From Candidatus Electronema halotolerans (GTDB lineage: Bacteria; Desulfobacterota; Desulfobulbia; Desulfobulbales; Desulfobulbaceae), in assembly GCA_942493095.1 (NCBI GenBank), contig OW818675.1:1500001-1532000 (forward strand): a stretch of 32,000 nt of DNA. Direction: 5' to 3'. The translations under genes were made by a program, and so were the position numbers. Below the pieces are notes generated by a model. It made no database searches and had not been told where the DNA came from. It was given only the letters and a program-made list of their open reading frames with translations. Of the stretch, positions 26,643 through 32,000 are shown piece by piece. The number at the start of each line of letters is the position of its first letter. Positions within the stretch are counted from its first letter, which is position 1.

Positions 26643-28049
26643 TCAGCACTGCTCAATAGCAGAAATCATGGGCAGAATGAAATAAAAATTATTGCCCTCC
26701 GGGGTGCGCTCATAGCCGACAATGCCGCCGTGCAGCTCAATCACATGCTGGACAAAGGAGAGACCGTGGCCAGTGCCATGAATTCCTTCCGTGTCCTTGC
26801 CGCGCACGCCTTCCTGAAAAATTTGCCGCGCCTCTTCCCTGGCCAAGTGTGGCCCTGTGCTGAAGACATTGAACTTGATACCCAGCTCGCCCTGTTCCGG
26901 GAAGTTGTCAACCAGCTCGCGACCATACGCCACAGCCTTGCGCTTCCTGCCCGCATGGGTGGTGATTTCACGGGCATACTTGGCCGCATTGGAAAACAGA
27001 TTGGCATAGACCTGCGAGAGCAGACCAATGTCAACAAAGAGCTGAAACTCCTCCTCTATCATGTTGTTTGGCCGCTCCACTGCAATGTCGGCGGAGCTGA
27101 AGCGACCGGCATAATGCTCCAGCTGGGGCAGGATGATTTCCTTTTCGACAAAGCAGCGTTTGGGATGGAGAACAAAGCGGCCGCTTTCAAAATGCTCGCG
27201 CCGGAACAGGCTCTCTAAAAACATGCTGATGTTATAATGATGCTTGACCAGCTCGCCATGATGAAACATCAGGCCCTCGCGCAGCTCCTCACAGCGGGCA
27301 AGACAGTGCTTCATCTCCTGCGCTGTCCCTGAGGCCGCTTTGCGGATGTCTTCGCGCAGCTCTTCCAGTTCATTGATGCTTCTGCGCAGCTTGCTGAAAA
27401 GGTGGAGAAAGTACATGTTGGGCACAATCACATTGTGCTCAATGTCCGTGACCAAGGTGTTGATGAACTTGAGATGTTCAATGTTCTGCAGGGCCATCAG
27501 CCGGTTGTGCAGGCTGTAGCCGATCCGGTTGCTGTATTTGATGAAAAAAAAACGGTCGCTCTTGGACAGCTTCTCATAAGGCGAGATGCTGTACATGCCC
27601 AGCACCCGGCTGCCGCCATGCAGCCAGCCCGTGCTGTGGCAGAGCGGCCCTTCTGCCGGATGCTCGTCAGGCCGCTGCGGTTCAGGCGGGGCCTTGCTGT
27701 AAATCGGCATCACAAAGCTGTCATTGACCCGGTACGCCTCGCTGCTGAGAACAATTTCCGGCGGCGCAGGCTCCTTCTGCTGATAGACCCCTTCCTCGCA
27801 GTCGCAGATCAGGCACAGCTCCTGCTCCTTGTCGTTGTGCAGATACAAGGCGCTGGAAATGTCAAGCATTTCCTTGGGAACTGCCACGCAGATCCGGTAA
27901 AAGTCATTCAGTGAGTCGTATTCTTGGGCCAGATCAAAGAAGGCTTTGAGAAAATCATCAAAATAGCAGGTGAAGTTGTACTGCTCATAGCTGGCGGATT
28001 TTTCCCGCACCCGCTGGCGCATTTTCAGCAAATCAGGACAGTCGTGCAT
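26643..28049 (-). CDS. Sensor histidine kinase-like protein (HATPase_c)
   Basis: N-box VYANLFSNAAKYAREI; G-box region GKDTEGIHGTGHGLSFVQHVIELHGG. Start chosen at MHDCPDLLKMRQRV because the ORF-track start at 28208 lies inside purN. Confidence 0.8.
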   Translation of the reverse strand: MHDCPDLLKMRQRVREKSASYEQYNFTCYFDDFLKAFFDLAQEYDSLNDFYRICVAVPKEMLDISSALYLHNDKEQELCLICDCEEGVYQQKEPAPPEIVLSSEAYRVNDSFVMPIYSKAPPEPQRPDEHPAEGPLCHSTGWLHGGSRVLGMYSISPYEKLSKSDRFFFIKYSNRIGYSLHNRLMALQNIEHLKFINTLVTDIEHNVIVPNMYFLHLFSKLRRSINELEELREDIRKAASGTAQEMKHCLARCEELREGLMFHHGELVKHHYNISMFLESLFRREHFESGRFVLHPKRCFVEKEIILPQLEHYAGRFSSADIAVERPNNMIEEEFQLFVDIGLLSQVYANLFSNAAKYAREITTHAGRKRKAVAYGRELVDNFPEQGELGIKFNVFSTGPHLAREEARQIFQEGVRGKDTEGIHGTGHGLSFVQHVIELHGGIVGYERTPEGNNFYFILPMISAIEQC

Positions 28050-28065
28050 GATTTCGCCTGCTGCG

Positions 28066-28659
28066 TTAAAGTGAGGGCGCAGCTTGTCCCCTGTTCCAGA
28101 AATGCTCCGCGCCCAGTTCATCGACCAGATTGACCGCCTCCGGGTAGGCCTCGCATTCAGCGGCGAAAACCCGGGCCGCAATGGCATCGGCAGTGCCGCA
28201 GTCAGCAATGCTGACGCAGCGTTGCAGGACTATCGGGCCGTCATCATAGACCTCATTGGCGAAATGGACCGTGCAGCCGCTCACGGTGCAGCCTTTGGCC
28301 AAGACCGCCTCATGCACATGATGGCCGTAAAAGCCTGGGCCGCAGAAGGCGGGAATCAGGGCGGGATGAATGTTGAGCACCCGCTGCTGCAAGGCCTCCG
28401 GCGGCTGATAGAGCTTGAGATAACCGGCCAAGACAATCAGGTCAATGTCATAATCCGCCAGAATCGCGTTGACCGCCGGATTGCCGTTCGCATGAAAGGC
28501 TGGATAGCCGTATCGCCGCGCTTTTTCCAAACCTAAGGCATCAGCCGCATTGGAGATCACCACCTGAATTTGTGCTCGCAGGCTGCCCTGTTCAATCCGC
28601 TGGTGAAAGTTGTCCAGCGTCCTGCCGGAGCCGGACAGCAGCACCGCCATCTTCTGCAT
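28066..28659 (-). CDS. purN: Phosphoribosylglycinamide formyltransferase
   Basis: MAVLLSGSGRTLDNF, DIDLIVLAGYLKLYQP, RVLNIHPALIPAF, SGCTVHFANEVYDDGPIVLQR (formyltransferase signature). Confidence 0.85.
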   Translation of the reverse strand: MQKMAVLLSGSGRTLDNFHQRIEQGSLRAQIQVVISNAADALGLEKARRYGYPAFHANGNPAVNAILADYDIDLIVLAGYLKLYQPPEALQQRVLNIHPALIPAFCGPGFYGHHVHEAVLAKGCTVSGCTVHFANEVYDDGPIVLQRCVSIADCGTADAIAARVFAAECEAYPEAVNLVDELGAEHFWNRGQAAPSL

Positions 28660-29280
28660 TTATTTTCCCTCGAAATAGGGGTTGCTGTCAACATCGACCT
28701 GAGTCAGCCAGTCGGCAATGGCCGTGTCGTAGGAAGAAGTAAGCTGGAAGACCTTGACTGCCAAGCGGAAACGGGTTTTCAGAGTGGTGTTGCCTGCAGC
28801 GCGAATCTCGGCCAGCACTTGGGCATAGTCTGCCGGATCAACGATCACGGTCACGTCGTGGAAATTCTTGGCTGAGGCCCGGAGCAGGGTCGGGCCGCCA
28901 ATGTCAATGTTCTCAATCGCCTCAGCCAAGGGACAATTCGGATTGGCCACGGTCTTGGCAAAGGCGTAGAGATTGACCGCAACAATATCAATCGGTTTGA
29001 TGCCATGTTCAGCGCACTGCTGCTGATGATCGGCATTTTCCCGCTGGTTGAGGATGCCGCCATGCACTAAAGGATGCAGGGTCTTGACTCTGCCGTCCAG
29101 CATCTCCGGGAAGCCGGTGAAGTCAGACACATCTTTGACCGGCACGCCGTTATCGCGCAGCTTCTTGGCTGTGCCGCCGGTGGAAAGTATTTCAATACCC
29201 AGCTCGGTCAATGCCTTGGCAAAATCCTCAATCCCGGACTTGTCAGTCAGGCTGATCAGGGCGCGTTCTGCTTTTTTCAT
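28660..29280 (-). CDS. purH: IMP cyclohydrolase (PurH N-terminal MGS-like domain only)
   Basis: [77 protein letters not shown]...[17 protein letters not shown]. Ends at 206 aa with no AICAR transformylase domain. Confidence 0.88.
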   Translation of the reverse strand: MKKAERALISLTDKSGIEDFAKALTELGIEILSTGGTAKKLRDNGVPVKDVSDFTGFPEMLDGRVKTLHPLVHGGILNQRENADHQQQCAEHGIKPIDIVAVNLYAFAKTVANPNCPLAEAIENIDIGGPTLLRASAKNFHDVTVIVDPADYAQVLAEIRAAGNTTLKTRFRLAVKVFQLTSSYDTAIADWLTQVDVDSNPYFEGK

Positions 29281-29333
29281 GGTGCATGTCTCCTATTATT
29301 GTGTAGTGTCAGGTTGTCGGATGCCAGCGCGGA

Positions 29334-29534
29334 TCATCGCATCTGTCTCAGCATACGCACGTCGTGGGCATTCAAAATGGTCAGGATGTCAGCCTCATTG
29401 AAATTCGGGTGCATCCGGGCGATGTCGGCGGCAATGTCTTTCCGGCCCGCTGTGTTGCGCGGCATGAAGCGAATCCAGTAGGACTGCGGCGTGGTGAGCG
29501 CGTTGACTTCAGGCCGCCATTGAATCGTTGCCAT
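29334..29534 (-). pseudogene. Short HU-like DNA-binding-domain ORF, probably truncated
   Basis: MATIQWRPEVNALTTPQSYWIRFMPRNTAGRKDIAADIARMHPNFNEADILTILNAHDVRMLRQMR* resembles the N-terminal half of HU/IHF-like domain proteins and stops before the beta-arm region. Confidence 0.4.
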
Positions 29535-29650
29535 AGCTTTTCTCCTTGGGAAGGAACTGCATGATATGAGTGCGGAAGATCACAACCGGCATATCCTACG
29601 CCGCCTGCCCGCATTTGTCAAGAACATGCGCAGGCTGGCCTGCGGCTCCT

Positions 29651-29812
29651 GTACATGCAGAGATGTGCTCCGGCATACATCTACAGATGTGCTGGGTCGT
29701 ACATGCAGAGATGTGCTGCCCGCGCAAGGAGACATGTGCTGGGGTGTACATGCAGCCATGAACGGCGAGCACATCTGCACATGTGCTGCGGCTCTGAGGA
29801 GAGATGTGCGGA
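29651..29812. repeat. Degenerate tandem repeat, period about 24 bp, 6-7 units
   Basis: gtacatgcagagatgtgctccggc / atacatctacagatgtgctgggtc / gtacatgcagagatgtgctgcccg / cgcaaggagacatgtgctggggt / gtacatgcagccatgaacggcga / gcacatctgcacatgtgctgcggc / tctgaggagagatgtgcgg. Confidence 0.8.
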
Positions 29813-29861
29813 CGGGCTGGTGTGCCTATTGCCTGCCGCATTCCGCAGGGACAATGAATGC

Positions 29862-29885
29862 AGGGACAATTCATGAATTGTCCCT
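29862..29885. repeat. Perfect 24 bp palindrome; possible terminator or dispersed palindromic element
   Basis: AGGGACAATTCATGAATTGTCCCT equals its own reverse complement. It is preceded by a partial extra copy gcagggacaat at about 29846. Confidence 0.8.
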
Positions 29886-29898
29886 ACGGCCTACGACC

Positions 29899-31215
29899 CT
29901 ACCGGCCCCGCAGCTTGGCGCGAATGTCTGCCAATCCCTCGCGCCATTCCTCCAGAAGGGGATGACCAATCTCCTCGGCAAGCTGCACCGCCCGGCTGAT
30001 GTGCTGCTCCGCCTCAGCAAGGTAGCCCTGATCTTCGTAGGTCAGGCCAATATTCCAGCTTGTCACCGCTTCGCCCGCCTTGTCGCCGATCTTTTGGCTG
30101 ATGACCAAGCTCTGCTCCAGATACTTGAGGGCCGCAGCGTAGTCGCCCCGCGCAGAGTAAATCAGGCTGATGTTGTTCAGCGTCACAGCTTCCCCGCGCC
30201 TGTCGCCGATCTCTTGGCTGATGACCAAGCTCTGCTCCAGATACTTGAGGGCCGCAGCGTAGTCGCCCCGCGCCCAGTGAATCCCGGCGATGTTGTTCAG
30301 CGTCGTGCCTTCGCCCGCCCGCCCGCCGATCTCTTGGCTGATGACCAAGCTCTGCTCCAGATACTTGAGGGCCGCAGCGTAGTCGCCCCGCGCCTTGTAA
30401 ATCTGGCTGATGTTGTTCAGCGTCGTGCCTTCGCCCGCCCGGTCGCCGATCTCTTTGCAGATGTCCAAGCTCTGCTCCAGATACTTGAGGGCCGCAGCGT
30501 AGTCGCCCCGCGCATCGTAAATCTGGCTGATGTTGTTCAGCGTCGCGCCTTCGCCCGCCCTGTGGCCAATCTCTTGGTCAATAGCCAAGCTCTGCTCATA
30601 CAGGGGCAGGGCCTTCGTGTACTCAGCAATGCGGTCAAGGTCAAAGGCTGCCTTGTGCAGATAGAGCGACCTGTCCTTCTTCTCCTCCTCCGGCAGCAGG
30701 GCGGCGGCCTTCTGCCAGTACTCGGCAGCCTTGGCATAGCGCAACTGGATTCCTTGCAGCTTGGCTTGGTCGGCATTGGTTGCCGCAGCGGAGATGCGCC
30801 GCTGGCGGGCGGCCTGCTCCAGCTCCTCAATGGCCTGCACATCGCGGGCCTCGGCCTGGTTCAGCAGCTCCTCGGCCTCAGCGTACTTGCCCGCCTCAAT
30901 CGCCTGCCTGGCCCCATCCTTCAGCCGCCGAACTTCTTGGTCTTCGGACTGCACAAATTCCAGCCGCGCCAGCAGTTCCTTGTACTGGGCGGCTATGTCC
31001 CGCAGCTTGCTGTCCAAATCCCCCAGAGGAACCTGCTGCTCCTCCAGTATCTTGAAGAAGCTGGCAAGGGCGGTCTCGGTCACGGCCAGCTTGCCTGCGT
31101 ACTCGGCAAAGACTTCCGGGGAAATGCCGTAATTATTGACCTGCTTGCCGATGGCACCATCGCCCTGCGCAACATTCTGCTCGCCAGGGCCGCTGTTGTG
31201 GAATTGGTCAGTCAT
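29899..31215 (-). CDS. Tetratricopeptide-repeat protein (kinesin light chain-like TPRs)
   Basis: Iterated LNNISxIYxARGDYAAALKYLEQSLxIxxEIGDRAGEGTT units; N-terminus FHNSGPGEQNVAQGDGAIGKQVNNYG. Confidence 0.9.
   Translation of the reverse strand: MTDQFHNSGPGEQNVAQGDGAIGKQVNNYGISPEVFAEYAGKLAVTETALASFFKILEEQQVPLGDLDSKLRDIAAQYKELLARLEFVQSEDQEVRRLKDGARQAIEAGKYAEAEELLNQAEARDVQAIEELEQAARQRRISAAATNADQAKLQGIQLRYAKAAEYWQKAAALLPEEEKKDRSLYLHKAAFDLDRIAEYTKALPLYEQSLAIDQEIGHRAGEGATLNNISQIYDARGDYAAALKYLEQSLDICKEIGDRAGEGTTLNNISQIYKARGDYAAALKYLEQSLVISQEIGGRAGEGTTLNNIAGIHWARGDYAAALKYLEQSLVISQEIGDRRGEAVTLNNISLIYSARGDYAAALKYLEQSLVISQKIGDKAGEAVTSWNIGLTYEDQGYLAEAEQHISRAVQLAEEIGHPLLEEWREGLADIRAKLRGR
30052..30560 (-). 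repeat. Near-identical 120 bp tandem repeats inside the TPR gene
   Basis: The 33 bp block atacttgagggccgcagcgtagtcgccccgcgc recurs identically at 30121, 30241, 30361 and 30481 (exact 120 bp period). Confidence 0.9.
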
Positions 31216-31625
31216 GGTTCCTCCGCATCGCCCCGGCAGAGCAGCAGCCCCTCAACATGAGCAAAATGCTTGTCTAAAGTGCAGAGCGGCAGGCTGTGCT
31301 GCAAGGCGGACGCAGCTATCCAGATGTCATTGGTCGGAATTGGCTTGCCTTGCCGCCTGAGCTGGTTGAGGACAGCGCTGTAATGCTCGGCAGTTTCCTT
31401 ATTCACCGGATATAGAGCAACCCTTGGCGAATCAAGAAAGATGCCCAGTTCCTGCCTGTTCTTCTCCTCTCTGCCGCCTGCGCGGAAGCCGGAGAGCAGC
31501 TCGCCGATAGAGACGGATGAGATGCCGATGTGTTCAACCCGGCGCAGCAGGCTGACTATCTCCGCATCGCCCCGCATGGCGGCAGAGTACACGTTGGTGT
31601 CAATCAGGATTCTGTTCACCGCCAC
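31212..31625 (-). CDS. PIN-domain ribonuclease, VapC-like toxin
   Basis: ILIDTNVYSAAMRGD, ISSVSIGELLSGF, PTNDIWIAASALQHSLPLCTLDKHFAHV: the acidic PIN residues are all present. Confidence 0.88.
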   Translation of the reverse strand: MAVNRILIDTNVYSAAMRGDAEIVSLLRRVEHIGISSVSIGELLSGFRAGGREEKNRQELGIFLDSPRVALYPVNKETAEHYSAVLNQLRRQGKPIPTNDIWIAASALQHSLPLCTLDKHFAHVEGLLLCRGDAEEP

Positions 31626-31918
31626 AGCTCCGGGTCAATCCGCCGTTCCGCGCTGATGCTCCCTTGAATGCTGCCGAACTCCTCCTCTGTCCATGAGCCG
31701 AAGAGACTGTCAAGGTCGTCATAGCAGGCGTTCCGGTCAAAGGTTCCGTCATGCGCCGCACCGACCTGATCGAACTCGTTCCTGTCAGCGGTTTCCTGCT
31801 GCTGCTCCTTGTTCCGGCGCAGCTTCTCTCTCAGGAACTCAATGAAGTCAAGCACACTCTGCGCCTGCGCTTCAGGAAGCTCCCTGCTTTGCTGATAAAT
31901 ACGTTCTGCGGTTGTCAT
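31616..31918 (-). CDS. VapB/DUF2281-like antitoxin
   Basis: MTTAERIYQQSRELPEAQAQSVLDFIEFLREKL immediately upstream of, and overlapping, the PIN-domain gene. Confidence 0.7.
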   Translation of the reverse strand: MTTAERIYQQSRELPEAQAQSVLDFIEFLREKLRRNKEQQQETADRNEFDQVGAAHDGTFDRNACYDDLDSLFGSWTEEEFGSIQGSISAERRIDPELWR

Positions 31919-31940
31919 AATGCATCCTTGCTTCGTGCCG

Positions 31941-32000
31941 CTACAGCAGCAGTTTGGCCAACGCCTTACCGATCAGCTCGCCTACCGGCAGCGCCGCCTT
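31941..32000 (-). CDS. C-terminal end of an unidentified upstream ORF (partial)
   Basis: Minus frame reads ...KAALPVGELIGKALAKLLL* with the stop at 31941..31943. Too short to identify. Confidence 0.3.
   Translation of the reverse strand, partial: KAALPVGELIGKALAKLLL

Noticed and set aside
28050-28208. N-terminal extension of the histidine kinase ORF
   Set aside because: It overlaps purN out of frame, and the extension MLTAALPMPLRPGFSPLNARP has no kinase-like features. The start at 28049 is preferred.
29651-29812. 24-bp units considered as CRISPR repeats
   Set aside because: Units are contiguous and degenerate with no spacers, and no cas genes are visible.
29566-31260. Plus-strand 564-aa ORF
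   Set aside because: Antisense to the TPR gene, and its repeats are the mirror of the 120 bp TPR repeats. The high-GC, stop-poor opposite frame explains it.

Overview
This 32 kb window looks like a Gram-negative bacterial chromosome segment; the content suggests a Desulfobacterota-like host, but that is inference only. Almost everything is on the minus strand. Backbone genes: glycosyltransferase family 2 (partial), a GspE/PilB-type ATPase fused to a cyclic-nucleotide-binding domain, thyX, a GlcF-like Fe-S protein (plus strand), nucleotidyltransferase, glycosyltransferase family 4, histidine kinase, purN, an IMP-cyclohydrolase-only purH, a VapBC-like pair and a TPR protein. The centrepiece is a block from about 5.6 to 21.7 kb. 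It has a giant (about 4.26 kaa) secreted protein with about 19 SdrD_B-like repeats and a C-terminal gingipain (C25) protease domain. Its stop codon is adjacent to or overlaps a PqqD-like ORF. Next come a short peptide gene, a radical SAM/SPASM protein, a second short peptide gene, an HprK-like P-loop protein and an S24/S26-type peptidase. Neither short peptide gene (8365..8535 and 7003..7179, both minus) is in the supplied ORF track. They share the leader-like motif YEKPxLGKVxLFADxVLxxC and have completely different Cys-containing C-termini. This is the pattern expected of twin RiPP precursors flanking their modifying enzyme. A 1264 bp IS4-like element (19 bp perfect terminal inverted repeats, 10 bp target duplication) sits just upstream of the giant gene.
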